Shown here piece after piece: positions 41,442-55,625 of a DNA stretch of 64,000 nucleotides. The DNA is taken from positions 1 to 64,000 of the forward strand of contig JAPETS010000032.1 in the NCBI GenBank assembly GCA_026023565.1, written 5' to 3'. The notes below the pieces were generated by a model. That model had not been told where the DNA came from. It ran no database searches and saw only the letters and a program-made list of their open reading frames with translations. The DNA comes from Cirrosporium novae-zelandiae. Its lineage: Eukaryota. The translations under genes and the position numbers were made by a program. How positions within the stretch are numbered: position 1 is the first letter of the stretch; each line of letters starts with the position of its first letter.

Positions 41442-42830
41442 GATGAATGTAATCGGAAAGTTCAGCAGTTTGTTGATGTAGCTGAAGTTGAAGTCGTGGA
41501 ACCAAAGGTGATGAAAGGCCAGGCTGCTGTTGGGGAACGGTCGACAAGTCCTACGCTCAAGGATTGGCCTACCTTACACCCGGGTGTAGCCACAACACAA
41601 TAACAGATAATTATCATTGGCCATAGTAGACTAAGTTATTATGAAATGGCTATATGACGTTATGATAATTATTTTTTAAAAAAATGATCAATATCAAATA
41701 TCTACAGGATCAAATTTGTAGGATAGGCTTCGATTTATAGAGCCTCAGGCACTGGAACTTTGTGCGACCTTCATTAGATAAATTACTGCTAATGATAACT
41801 AAATATCGCCTAGCGGCTAATTAATTACAATGGTTAAATTCTGTATGGAGCCAATAGGACGACCCCGAGATCACTTTTCTGGGTCTGGTCGCTTTTATTT
41901 TTAAGCGACCGCACCTTTACCACAGTAAACATGCGAACCACCCTCAGCCCCCAAACGATATCCGTCATCATCATCATTATTAACGTTATGCCACCACTAG
42001 CCACCACCAATGGCCCATGCTAGTAGGGGTGTCGCATAAAGATTATAGTACATAGCAGGGCTCAAGGTCTTATCATTGAATTTATGCATTAGAAGCGATG
42101 ATGTGATTCACTTCCATATTGCAACAGCTATCGCGTTAGCTTGCCTTCAAACTATAATTTCACATAGATAGAATCACTGGATTTTCTATTTTGCATCCAT
42201 TCTATTAATTATCTCCAAGGTCATTTCAATTCAAGATGGAACCCCCCCTATATCGTCAGTTTACCTGGAGACCCCTCATTATCATAGCTGCACTCCCAAA
42301 AATATCTCTCCAAGAGCGATCATTCAATCTACTATGCTTGGACATGTCAAGAATACTTTCAGTTTTAATTTTTTCCCTTTTAGATTGTCGCTATTTTCCT
42401 ACTTGAAGAATTTACCAAGTGATGCCGAGGATTGGGACGTAAATCTTCACCTGCTACTACTAGTTTTGACACAGTATATAGAGGCTTCGTAGGATCGTTG
42501 AGCGATGACCCACTACTCAAGACCTATTCCAAGTACGAAAATCTCTCCTAGAACCGAACCTCAGCTAATGCATCAAGGGCAAACAATACCTTTTGCGGAA
42601 AGCCAGTGTTTCGTGGAGCTGCCAATTCATATGAATGGCTCTCATATTTTGCTTGACCCGCTCTTCCGTCGATTGTATCTATGTTGACGACATCCGCGCA
42701 AGGAAATGTGCATGCGCCATATCATTATAAAGATGCGATCCTCTTATCCTTCCAGTACCTAATTCCCGTGCATATTCCACATATCTCCAGTCTACTCACG
42801 CGGTTTCATTACAACAAGACAGCTTTCACG

Positions 42831-45732
42831 ATGGCTGATCAATCTCTGGTTCCTCTTTCCCAGGGGGCGGGTTATGGTGTGGTTGTCGGAATTGGAATCG
42901 CTTTCGGCTTTGGTATGATCTTGGTAACCAAGTTCCTAGAAAGATTCCTGCAAGAAAGATCTGACCATTCCGAAATGTTTGTTCCCTAAACCATCTCGAG
43001 CAAACGATATCCATTGTTCTCTATGTTCTCTAGAAAGCTGAGACTAATATAATAATATAGGTTTATGGTCGCTAATCGCTCGGTCGGAACTGGTCTGACA
43101 GCCTCAGCGGTCATCTCATCTTGGATGTGGGCGTATGTTGCTAGACATTGCATCTTTTTATGTTCATAACATTTTGAGTCTCTAAATATTGGAACAGAAC
43201 TGCTATTATTTGGACTGCAGCGCAAGCTTACCTTTATGGAGTTGCAGGTAAATTGTTCTCTCTGTATGCTACCCCGTTAGTATCCTCATCTAACTTGATT
43301 ATAATAGCTCCTTTTTGGTATGCAGCTGGCTGCTCAATTCAAATCGCCATAATGACAGTTTTGGCTATACATGCTAAGATAAAGATACCGTAAGATACCA
43401 TTAAAGCAGCCACTCAAGCAGGCACTAACATACTACCTACAACATAGTAATGGTCACACCGCATTGGAGATTGTTCGTCTTCGATATGGGGCTGCTGCGC
43501 ATGTGGTCTTCATCTTTCTTTGCTTAGTTACCAACCTTCTTTCTGTTACAGCCATGATACTTGGAGCAGCCGGAGTGATAACAAATTTGACCGGCATGCA
43601 TATAGCTGCCTCGACATTTTTATTACCACTAGGTGTCATTATCTATACTGTAGCCGGAGGGCTCAAAGCAACGTTCCTAACTGACTATGTGTAAGTGCTC
43701 AACTCCAATTTCCCAGTTCTTGTGGCTTTCTCAGATGCTGATTCATTTTTCTGATCTTGAATTTTAGTCACACATTAGTTGTGATGGTAATCCTTCTCTT
43801 CCTTACTCTAAAGACATTCAGCAATCCGGCGATCCCCAATCTTAACGCATTCTATGACATTTTGGTGGAGGCTGATAAGACACGCAATATCTCTGGAAAT
43901 TATGAGGGTTCCATACTATCTTTCAAGTCCAAGAGCTCCATCATCTTTGGACTCGTCCATTCATTCGGAGACTTTGCTCTCGTGATAATGGATACAAGCT
44001 TTTGGCAAAAGGGGTTTGCTGCAGACACTGCCGCCGCTATGCCAGGATATATGCTCGGAGGGATTTCTTATTTTGCGGTTCCATGGGCAGTTGGCACTAC
44101 GATAGGATTAGCAGCCATTGGGCTTGAAAAGACATCCATTTTTCCAACCTACCCGCGAGCCATGACTACGGCAGAAATAAATTCTGGCTATGTCCTTCCC
44201 TATGCCGCAGTGGCACTGGCCGGTAAAGGCGGAGCATTTGGGTTGCTTTTGGTTGTATTCATGTGTGTCACCAGCACCACCTCCGCAGAATTGATAGCCG
44301 TGTCGAGCATCATATCATTTGACGTTTACCGCACCTATATCAATCCGCAAGCACATGACAAACAAGTCATCCGAGTATCCCACTGGTCCGTCGTTGCCTT
44401 TGGTCTGTTTGCCTCGGCTTTTGCAACTGCGCTCCATTATGGGGGAATCGACCTCAACTGGATGGGCTACTTTCTTGCCACAATAATTTGCCCCGGCATG
44501 TTCCCCATGGCGTTTACCATTCTCTGGAAAAAACAATCTGCTGCAGCCGTTACACTCTCGCCTATTCTTGGTCTCGTAAGTAACCATGTACCGAGAACAT
44601 ACATTATATCGAGGCCATGAAATTTCTAACGAAAAAAACAGGCAAGTGGAATTGCAGCATGGCTCGGAAGCGCATACGCTTATTACGGAGAGCTTACCAT
44701 CGAAAGCACCGAAGCCCAATTACCCTGTCTCTGGGGAGCCATCACATCAACATTCTCCTCAGCCATCTATTCCATCCTCATAACTTATATCAAGGTCTTT
44801 ACCCACCCCGATACCTCTTCCATCCATCTAACTACCCCTATCCTTATTTCCATCCCCATCCAGCAACTCCGCCAACCTGCTGACAAAACCCCAGCCCCAA
44901 AACTTCGACTGGCGCATCTTCCTCCTCCTCAACCAAGTTAAAGACTCCGATGCCAGCGGTGAAAACAGCAACGCCAACAGTAGCAAAAACTCATCTCCCA
45001 GCCCGTCGACGGGCCACACCAGAACCGCCAAAATCGCAGATACAATCACAACCCCAGACCTATCCCAAACCCAGCATCCATACCCACCTCAAGAACTCCA
45101 CCGCATGCACCGCGCTGCCCAAATCGCCAGCATCTTCAGCATCGTAATTGGTCTTGTAACTTGGGTTGTTTGGCCGTTGCCTCTATACCGTGATTACATT
45201 TTCAATAGACCTGTAAGTCTTGTCTGTTCTTTTACTCTCCTTTAACAAGAAAAAAAGAAAAAAGAAGCCAGAGGCAGACACCATACCTCCAAACCCTTAG
45301 CCTCTCTTGCTTACACTCCACCCCTAATCCCTAATCCCCCGTTCACCCACACCCCGTCCCCATCTCTTCTCCACCCTACCCCAGCCCAACTACTGATCCA
45401 CTAATCTCTCCCTCCACCAGTTCTTCCTCGCCTGGACAACCGTCTCTGAGATTTGGTTATTTTTCTGTTTCCTAGTCGCCTGCATCTACCCCCTAATAGA
45501 CGGCCGCCACGTTCTAAAACGAGCTATGATCTCTGCTTGGGATGCGCTTTCTCTAGGTAAGGCACGGGGGATGGGTAAGGATGGAAGGGAAGTGAATGAG
45601 GGAATACGAGGGGAAGGGAGGGTGAGGATTGAGGGAACAGAGGTTGTGGGGTTGAGTGGGGGCGGCGGGGAGAAAGAGAAGGTAGAAGAGAAAGGTGGGG
45701 ATATAGAGGTCGGTGGAGTTAGAGGGATATAA
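42831..45732 (+). CDS. DUR3: Urea/polyamine active transporter (sodium:solute symporter family), multi-exon
   Basis: [94 protein letters not shown] introns. Confidence 0.9.
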
Positions 45733-46603
45733 TCAGAATTCTGGATTATTCGGTATCACGATAACTAACAAGGGAAACCAGAGAGTGAGAAGAGGAGAGA
45801 GGAGAGAAATCGTGGGATACGTACATGCATGCATACACAAGATAGAGGTTCTCGGTAGATAAATTCTCATAGATATAGATGGATTGATGGATGGTGGGAC
45901 TTGGATGTGTGATATGATATGATATGATATAATTCAAGGTCGACTTTTCATTCCTTTTTTATGTTATTATTATCATATTTGGTTGTTCGCTCCGTAGCAG
46001 GAATAAACATTTGACTGGAGCATAAACAGCCGCGCGTGCTTGGCCAGGTCGTAATCCCGATCGCTGCACTGTGGGTTCCCAATTCCCGAGGTTGGACATT
46101 CCCAACGTTCCAATTAAAGGATCATCGGGAAGGTAGTCATTCCTATTCTGATTCCCGTTCAAAGGGGGGAAGGGGAACTCGACAGCATAGAATAGGAAAT
46201 AATGATTGGTGTAAAAATAAATAAAAAAGCTTAGAATTGCAAGAAAGACTGATGTTGTTATTTTTTATGTTGTTTGAACAAGGTGCAAGCAAGCATTGTT
46301 GGTTCAAAAAGTTATTAGGCGTCATAACCTGCGCACCCGGTCCCTCTCCCATCCCGTTGACATTTTCGAAAAAAATACCCCCAAATTTGTTCCCCGAGCT
46401 TCTCCATCCAACAATTTGTCTGATCCATTTCACACATCTAATTCCAAAACCACAGAACCTCCCATTTCAACCTAACCTCGCTGGATCGGATTAAACCTCG
46501 GCCTCTCTCCACAAAAGTGAAAAAAAAAGAAAGAAAGAAAATTACTTTTCTTGGACGAATTGATTTGAACCAAAAAAAAGAACTACACACACACATAGAC
46601 AAA

Positions 46604-47169
46604 ATGGTTAAGCTTACTGAAGTCGAAGATGAACACTTCCAGCAAACTCAACCCGGGCCTCAAGAAGATGATAGCGATGCCTACACTGATACCGGTAAAT
46701 ACCCCCTTCCCACCCCCCCAATGATCCCCCATCAACTAACCCCCCCCCCCCTCCCTTAGACTCCAGCCTCAGCTCCGAAGAAGAAGACTCCGACGCCGAA
46801 ACCTCCCACCCTCTCGAAGAAACCCTCTTCGACCGCCTCCTAGCCCTAAAAGACATGATCCCACCCAAAGCCCGCAACACCATCTCCAGCACCACCGCCT
46901 CCCTCACCTCCATAACAAAATCCACCCTCTCCTTCTCCGGAAAAGCAATGTGGGTTCTCGGAACCTCGGTCCTGCTCATCGGCGTCCCCTACGGCCTCGC
47001 GTATATCGAGGAACAGCAGATGGTTGAGATGGAACGGGAACAGAGGAGTAGGGAGATGGGCGCTGAGGTTTTGACGCCGGGTGCGCAGGGGCAGCTTATG
47101 TTGGGGCAGAGTGGGTCTTCTGGGTCTGGGTCTGGGTCTTCTGAGGGTAAGGTGCAGGCGGCGTTGTAG
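46604..47169 (+). CDS. TOM22: Mitochondrial import receptor Tom22; intron 46695-46759
   Basis: MVKLTEVEDEHF, acidic N-terminus, ETLFDRLLALKDMIPP, TM segment WVLGTSVLLIGVP, EEQQMVEME. Confidence 0.95.
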
Positions 47170-48154
47170 ATGTGGGTGGATGGGATTGTGAATGTGAATG
47201 TGAATGGGTGCGCTGTTGTTGCTGTTGTTGCTGGATATATGAATATGGAATATGAATATGGGGGATCGATCCTGAGAGCTTGTGACCCGCAAGGGAGCCG
47301 GGGGGGTCGTAGTGAGGGGAACCAACCCCTTCTACGCTTTCTTTGTTGGTGGTGATCAAATAAATCACCATTGGAGCGTCACGGCGGCCACGAATATTCC
47401 ATATTAATAAGCTAATAAGCTAATTAGATGATGGGCGAAAGAGAGAGAGAGAGAAAGAGAGAGCTTATGAGGATATGTCGATGCCACACCATGTCCATAT
47501 CCATGTCCTCTCTCTCTATTCTATTTTATGTGTATGTATGATAAAAGGAAAATTTTTGTTTTTTTCTTCTCTTTTCTTTCGATGGTGGGTAGATTTCATT
47601 ATGCTTGACCTTGGTTTTCTGGCGTTCGGGGTTGTGTATTTTTATGCGATATGTGATGTGTGTGTGTGTGTGTATGTGTGGAAAGGAGGATGGGATGGGA
47701 TAGAGATGGGGATTCCATTCTCCTCTCCTCTCCTCTGCTTTGCTCCGCTTTACTCTCCCCTCTAGATATGAAATACGAAATACGAAATACGAAACATGGA
47801 ATACACCAAATATGGTCCAATGACCCTATCTAGTTTGCCTGCTCTAAATAAATACGTCAAGACTTCATGAACGAATTTCATATGTCACATGGATGGATGG
47901 ATTGGTGGATGGATGGCTTTTTGGTTATATACGGATTTTTAGATGGGTGGATGGGTGGGAGAGAGGGTTATCTATCCATCTATCTATTCCAAGCAAGCAT
48001 ATATATAGCATATGTGATTGGTATATATGCCATGCCATGCAAGTTCATCCAACAATGTTTCTTTCTATTAGTACAAGATAACCCCTCATTTTATCCCACC
48101 CTCGCTATCTTATCCCATCCCCCCTATCCCCCTTATCCTACTACTACCACACAT

Positions 48155-50014
48155 TCACCGCCTCCCCAACTTCCATCTGGAAATCCTCTCCTGGATTTCC
48201 TCCCACCCCAGCTTCCTCCTCCTCCCACCGCTCACCTCACCCTCCTGCAACACCACCGTCGGCGCCCCACTCCCACCCCCTAAATTCCTCACCTCCCCAC
48301 CCAACACCAGCCGTGCCACCCTCCTCAAATCCCCCACCGTCACATTCTCAATCTGCGTGCACATTTCGCGCACGCCTACCTTGCGGCCGTGAACTTGTAC
48401 CTGGCGGCCTAGGTCTTCGAGCTCGACCATTCGGGATTCGAGGTTCATGAGGAGGGAGGAGCGGAGTTGATTCTTGGCGCGCAGGACTTCGTCTTCGCGG
48501 AGGGCGGAGAAACCGGTGTCGAGGGTTAGGGATTGGAGTTCTCGGCACATGACGTCGAGCATGTGCATGATGTGGTCGGGGGCGCAGGAGGCGGCGATGC
48601 CGAAGAGGCCGCTGTCGGTGTAGGCGTTGTTGAAGGCGACGGCAGATTCCACCCAGCCGTGTTGGTTTAGGACGTTGGTGTACAGGCGCGAGTACATGCC
48701 TTTTCCGGGGCCGCCGGCGGAGAAGGATCCGCCGCCCCCGAGGAGGGTTTGGAGTGTTGCGAGGGCGTAGATATCCGGGGAGGAGATCGGGAAGGCCTCG
48801 AAGGCTAGGTGGATGTGGGTTAGGGCTGGGATGGTGGGGTTTAGGGGTGGCGGGATCGGTGGGAGGGACAGGAACCCGCCCGTGTAGTGGGAAGGCGCAT
48901 GTAGGTTTAGCGTGAGGGGGTCGTAAGGGAGATCCGGGAGGACGGTGGCATTTTTGGGCGCGGAGGTGGATAGGTTTTTGAAAAATGGGATTTTGTTTAG
49001 GAGGCCGTTTTGGTGGTGGGTTGATGCCGAGGATGAGGAGGAGCCGTGGGAGGTTGATGATGAGGCGGATGAGGAGGAGGATGCGGAGGTGGTGGAGGAG
49101 GAGGAGGAGCTGCTGGAGGCTTCTGGAAGTCCGTCAGCGGGTGTGGTGGGGATGTTGGACGTTTCGGGGACCGAGAGGATGGGTGGTGTGTCTTTTTGCA
49201 TGTCTCCAAAGTATCGTTCTGTTAGTTTCAACGCTTCCTCGTGGCTCACTCCTGCAAATGCGACGACCAATCTTTCGGGTTTGAAGAATATACTTCGGTA
49301 TCGGTCAACAACGGCTTTATCGATCTTGTCTAATCGCTCTTTTGGACATAGCAGCGGATTCCCCAGTGTGTTGTCCTTGTATGCAGCCACGTGCACCAAT
49401 TCGGGCAGAATGAGGTCTGGTTTGGCCCATATTTCACCAATCTCGTAGTCGGCGGTTTCCAGTTGGTCCTTGACCTCCTCCTCGGTAATTAAAGGTTCTC
49501 GTATCGTTTCCGCGAGAAGGCCGAGCGTGGTGGGAATAGCAGAGTTGAAGCTCGCGGATTGGTACATGAGAGATTCACGAGAGGATGAGCATTGGATGTT
49601 TCCACCAAGAGCTTCTAATGCATCGAACATTTGGTCTGCGCTTCTGCTTTTTGTGGACTTGAAGGCCAGTCTATCGATGATATGGCTCACGCCCTGGAGA
49701 TCCGCACTTTCATATCTTGAGCCTGCGTCGACGTAAACGCCAATACCGGAGAAAGGACCAGGTAATGATTCGGTCGCGACACGGACGCCATTTGGAAGCG
49801 TAGTTATTTCATCGAGTTCTGTGGGATCCTACTGCGGGGGTTAACAATCAATTTCTTTGCCAAGTCATTTTTTTTCCTATGGAAGCTTGCGGGTTACCTT
49901 TGAGCTCTCAATGACAGATGCGAAATTTCTAGCTGGAACAGAAGTCTTCTGAACCAAGGTACGAGCAGTTGATTTCGGGACCTGTTTTAAGGATTGAAGG
50001 GCAGTCCGTCGCAT
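48155..50014 (-). CDS. MAS2: Mitochondrial processing peptidase alpha subunit; intron 49829-49897
   Basis: Basic presequence, TTLPNGVRVATE, GVYVDAGSRYE, SHIIDRLAFKST, Gly-rich loop GGGGSFSAGGPGKGMYSRLY. Confidence 0.97.
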
Positions 50015-50874
50015 ATTGGCGATATCAAGGTTTAATGTATATACAAAAGCCCAAGGTTGGTTTGGTTGTATTCTTCGATAAGACTAATCTCAATCTCAAA
50101 TCTCAAATCTCAAATCTCCAATCTCTGGTGGTTGGCGGCAAATGGAGAATTCCGGACCACGGAGAACGGGCACAACAAAGTACCGACCATTCCGAAAAAT
50201 CTTTCTTTTCTTTTCTTTTCTGTCGTCGCCGAAACGTCGGATGGGACATGCCGTACAGTAGATGCCGTAGATGCCGCGGATCAACCGCTGTTCTCTCCTG
50301 TCCACTGGTTACCAATCAAATCTATGAATCAATCAATCAATTCTCAAAAGACCCTGAAACGTTTATTTTGATTTTGCTTTCTGTTTTGATTGAATTTCTA
50401 CTACGTAGTATCCCTGGTTGAATTATAATTCTTGGTAGGTTCTCGATGACAATGATAGTCGAAGTGAAAGGACAATCGAGGAGATGGATGGATTTAAGGA
50501 TGGATGATAGTAATACACTAAAGGTGAAATCGTCTGTAATAAATAACCTACCTCGGTATCCATCATGTCAGTCAGGTCTTGGGCCATGCATTAGACTGGT
50601 TACCAACTAAGTAGTCGAACAAAGACAGCTCTTTCTTTCCTGATGATGATATCCACCACAGTATTGCTTTAGTTCTGGGGTCAGTTCTGGGGTCATGTCT
50701 GTAATCATTATGAATCCATTCTTATCGATCCCTGTGAATTAATTAATTAGCGAATAGTATAGTATGCTGATCAGGTCAGGGGATGTGGTTTATGATGGGG
50801 AAAGGCAAGAAAACCCTGGACTAGTAGATGTCATGACCTAGATAGCCTTATGAACTTAGAAACAGCCCAGTGAT

Positions 50875-50947
50875 GAGTTATGCCCAGGGCTATGCCCAGA
50901 GTTATGCCCAGAGTTATGCCCAGAGTTATGCCCAGAGTTATGCCCAG
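50875..50947. repeat. 12-bp minisatellite (GAGTTATGCCCA) x6
   Basis: Six consecutive units, one variant (GGGCTATGCCCA). Confidence 0.9.
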
Positions 50948-51750
50948 TAACTACCAGCAACCCAGCAAAAGTGCCCTAAGCAAAAAACGCCCAACAAGTC
51001 CTACTCGAGTCGAGTAGATACCATGTAGTAGCCTTGGGTCTCAGCCATCTATTCACTTCCCATATGAACTCAAGTCCATTGGTCTCGACTCTTGAGTCTT
51101 GACTCTTTTTTACCAAATGATACCCCCCCCCCCCCACACACCCACACCCACACCCACACCCCAATCCTTCTCTCCAAAAGTAGAATTAGCTCCTCATGGT
51201 TCCTATGTAGTGGCTCCCCCAGCTTCAAAAGATCAATATCATCAGGTCCTAAAAAGGTCCTAAAAAAACCCTCATGGTCTCCCTCAAGCCTAAGGTCTAG
51301 GTACAGTACAGTACATAGCTCCATCACTCATCATCCCATAACACCTTCGTTTCAACATCTTCACATCTTCACATCTTCACTTCTTAACATCTCCTCATAT
51401 TATTCTCCGGTATTATATCCATATTCGACCTGTCTCCATCCTCAATAACTCCACATCAAAATATCTCGGTCGTATGATTCCGACGTCAAAACAAAACTTG
51501 GCTATTGGACCATTATCCAAACCTCAATAGTTGCTCGTGATCACAGCTCCCTAGCCCCCCTAGAAGGTCTACTGTGTATACTTTTGTAGAGGTCAGGTTC
51601 AATTGCTGACCGATATTCAACAAAAGAATTTTGCTGTGAGAAAAGAAGGCTTTCGGGTTTTTGAAATAATTATCAATCGGAAAACATCAAGATCAACAAC
51701 CAGGAAAACGGGAGGATCAAACTATCCGTTGTATCGCTTGAACCGCCGAC

Positions 51751-53778
51751 ATGTTCACCACCTCCGCAGCTTCGGCTCCTGTTCCAGCTTCTCCCCCTGC
51801 ACCAGCACCGTCCACCTCGCGACGCTTACGAGGTCTGAGTTATTTGCGAAGTTATACTTCCAGTCATCTTTCATCACACTCGAACCAAAATCACAGTTCC
51901 CGTTCCCAGCGACAAAGTTTATCCCGCACCACCTCCTGTCCATCTCAACCCGACCGTCCTGCGGAAATCTCTACCTCTCCTCGAGAAATTCAACGTCGCC
52001 CCCACAATCACTCTAATAATCCCTCAGACTCCTCCGATAGCCAAGCCTCTTCCAGCCACCAACCTGCTGGGTGGATGTCGACCCCCGATGAGCAAAACCA
52101 TCTGACCCGACGCCGGACCGAGCCTCAGCATAGCCCAGGAGCTCTTTCCGTGACGCCTAATGTCGATAATCCTTTACCATCTACAAATCGGGATATGAGC
52201 CCGCCAAGGACAACCTCCAGGGCGAGGAGATTACGAAATTTAGGCGCAACAATTATTAGAGGGGATGGGGCCACTTCCGCCGAAGAGCCAACCATGAACG
52301 AACCGGCTTCATCGTTAGAGGAGCATTCTAGCATACAAAATAGGACAGAAGAGGAACGGCCACACCAGTTGCCAAAGATTCGTTTCATTCCCCACCAGGA
52401 CCCTCGCTCCACCAGACCATCCCTCACCTTTCATACCATCTCGAGAACACTTCCAGACGAAACCCAGGTGATCCGAGTAGGCCGGTATTCAGAGCGAGAT
52501 GCATATCCGAGCCCCGCTCCTAATCAGCCATCAACCGCTCCGGTCGGTTTCAAATCAAAAGTCGTCAGCAGGAAACATTGTGAATTCTGGTGTCAAAATG
52601 GCCAGTGGTACATAAAAGATGTAAAAAGCTCGTCCGGTACATTTTTAAATCACATACGTTTAAGTCAGCCTAATGTGGAGTCACGGCCTTGGCCGATCAA
52701 TGATGGAGATGTCGTTCAACTTGGAATTGACTTTCGGGGAGGCGAAGAGATGATATTTCGTTGCGTCAAAATGCGGATAGAGTGCAACCGAGGTTGGCAG
52801 ATGAGCTTAAATTCATTCAAGTAAGATGTTGCGTATTCTGTTCGAGTTTTACCGCTGACGGGCTATTTACAGTACTGCCGCTCATAAGCGACTAAGAGAC
52901 CTGGCAAAGTCCTCTTCGGCTCAAGATGATACAGCCTCCACCCATGGTCTGGAATGCTCGATATGCTTGGGTTCGATAGCAGTATGTTTGACCCTCCGTT
53001 TTCATGTCTCGACTAACCGCAACAGCCTTGCCAATCTTTGTTTGTGGCACCGTGTTCCCATGCATGGCACTACAAATGCATCCGACCGATCCTGAACGAC
53101 GACTCGAAATATCCCAACTTCCTATGCCCGAATTGTCGCGCGGTCGCAGACCTCGAAGCCGATGTCGATGTACCAGAGGAAGAAGAAGATATATGGGAAA
53201 AATATGAATTGGAAGCCAACAGAGAAGAGGAAATCCATATAACCCCAACCGAGAGCTCGCATAGTTCGGTCGAACCATCTACATCAGTTACAGCAACTCC
53301 GACGGTGCAGCCTGCACCAAGTCAGTCAGATGGCCGAGATGACACTGTCCTGATCACTTTGGCGGAGAATGTTTCTCTCGAGCAAAACTCTTCAGCCTCT
53401 CAGGACTCAAATGAAACGCCAACACCAATCTCCCAATCTTCTCTATTCGCTCGACGGCAGGCAGCGCAGGCTGGAAATTCTTCGCATGTGAATGGTACTG
53501 CTACAGTTGGATCAATTGACGTGAGGACCTCTAGTGCACCAATCTCGAACTCTATAGCCGAACCCACTACTGAATTAGAAGCAAGTTCTTCAAACGACGT
53601 GCTTAGATCAACTACCCCTGTATCCAACGATGTGGTGCCGCCGGATGCGCCAATGACGCCTACAAACGACGCGGGACCTTTTGTTATTGACGGGAGTGCC
53701 GGGAGAGCATCGGGAGAACGGATCGCAGCGAACATAGCGGCTGTATCCGGATCGCCGGAACCAAGGTCGCCGAATTAA
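51751..53778 (+). CDS. DMA1: FHA + RING E3 ubiquitin ligase Dma1; exons ~51751-52820, 52873-52981, 53027-53778
   Basis: FHA: VGRYSE..GFKSKVVSRKH..DVKSSSGTFLN..QLGIDFRGG. RING: ECSICL..APCQSLFVAPCSHAWHYKCIR..CPNCR. Confidence 0.95.
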
Positions 53779-54377
53779 CCAGTTCATATGTAGTAGTTCT
53801 CTTTTTTGAAGTGGCAAATTGAGCTGGAATGATGGAATACCCGTACAGATTTCTTTTCTCATAGCTTCAGTTTGTGCATAGCGGGACTCTCCAACGGGTG
53901 TTTGTGGGATAAGTGGGGTCTTGTTTGCTGTTGGAATATTGCTTGATGAAAGATTGTTTCCTTACTGGCTGTGCCTGTACTGCTCGATCGTGTTGGAGAT
54001 GAGGCCGCTAGCTATGAACGGCTTGATGGACAGCATCCTAGACAAAGTGCCTAATTTATCAATAATCCAACCTCAACGTCAATCACTTATCCAACGGTTC
54101 CACCACTTATCGTCCAGTCGTCTAAGTTGAAAATCGTCAGATGATCGACAGAAGTATGCACGATCTCTACACGTGAGTGGGACGCTTTCCTCGTGCCAAG
54201 ATTTAAGCGCACCCCTTATCTGATAGACACTGCACGACTACAAGGACAGGGGATATGGCGCTTGTATCCAGTCTGTTACAACCAACACCAATCTAAAAAA
54301 ACCCAAATTCCAATCTAATGCCAACTCGACCGAAGGTGACTATCTTTCCTTTTGTTTTCACATCACACTTCTGTTCA

Positions 54378-55625
54378 ATGTCTTCTCCGACCAAGACCAC
54401 AATGGCTGAGACCTTTTATTCTATTGATACCGGTAGACATCACCAGCGAACACCAACGGTGCCCAATATAAACGCGTCAAGAAGAAAACCACGCCGGCAT
54501 GTTAACCCCACCTATCTTGTTAAAGTGCTTCAACTGACCATATAGATGGCCTCTCGTTCTTCGCTTCATCAAAGGAGCTATCCATGGCGCCATTCTCCTA
54601 CCAGTGTTCCTACATGCCCTATTCACAATCCTTATCGTCTATATCGATCAGAACCTCGACCATAATCTAGGTTTACCAGCCAGCATTGTACGTGCGTCGT
54701 TTGATCCTGCTTGGTTTCAGCCCGGTAGGGTTAAAAAGCTTCTAGATAACTGTCAGCTAATTTCTTTCAACACTAGATTCCCTCCCTCTCCATCGTTGTG
54801 GGTCTTATGCTCGTCTTCCGCAATCAAACTTCCTACAATAGGTTCTGGGATGGTCGAAACTATCTGACCACAGTCATAACCTGCGTCCGCAATCTCACAA
54901 GATCCTTCCTCGTGTGCTCGCACAACTCGACGACCCCTCCAACTCCAGTCGAACTCGCCGATACCGAACGCACAGCACGTATACTCCTCGCCATAATTTA
55001 TGCGACCAAAAACCACCTCCGCGCAGAATGGGGCAGCTATATTGTTCCTGGGTCATCTACCCCAACCGACACCTCTCCCCTGCTGGTTGACACCACCACT
55101 CTTTCCCTGCGTCCCGAATACAGCGGCCTCGTTCCAAAAGGCTTACGCGGATTCGAAGGTGATGGCCTCGGCCTCCCGCTGGAATTGACCTTCCTGGTCG
55201 AGGGATACATCAAGCGTGGCGTCGAACGCGGCTGGTTCAATGCCCCACAAGGCAGCCAGCTAACTGTCCAACTCAACACGCTCATGGATGCCTACGGCAA
55301 AATGGAAACCATTCGTCTAACGCCCATACCTGTAGCCCACCTCATCCATCAGAAACAGGTCCTTGCCCTCTTCGGATGTGTATTGCCATTCGCGCTCGTC
55401 GACGATATGGGCTGGTATGCCGTTCCCATCGTCATGCTCGTTATATTCACCTTGTACGGAATCGAGGGTATCGGATGCCAGCTGGAGGATCCGTTTGGAT
55501 ATGATAGGAACGATATTAAAATGGATTATATCATTGCCGATGCGGCCGTAGAGTGGGGGGTTTGCTTTGAGGAATGGAAAAAAGCCAAGAATGCGAGGGA
55601 GATGTTTATGAGAGAACAGATATGA
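54378..55625 (+). CDS. Bestrophin-like/UPF0187 membrane channel; introns 54497-54545 (GC-AG) and 54688-54776
   Basis: GLMLVFRNQTSYNRFWDGR, METIRLTPIP, YGIEGIGCQLEDPFGYDRND. Confidence 0.9.

Noticed and set aside
17000..41500. Starship giant transposon
   Set aside because: The gene content is cargo-like, but no DUF3435 tyrosine-recombinase captain or boundary repeats were recognisable in the window.
47170..48283. ORFs between TOM22 and MAS2, and antisense ORFs within MAS2, DMA1 and the M20 gene
   Set aside because: UTR simple repeats or shadow frames of real genes.
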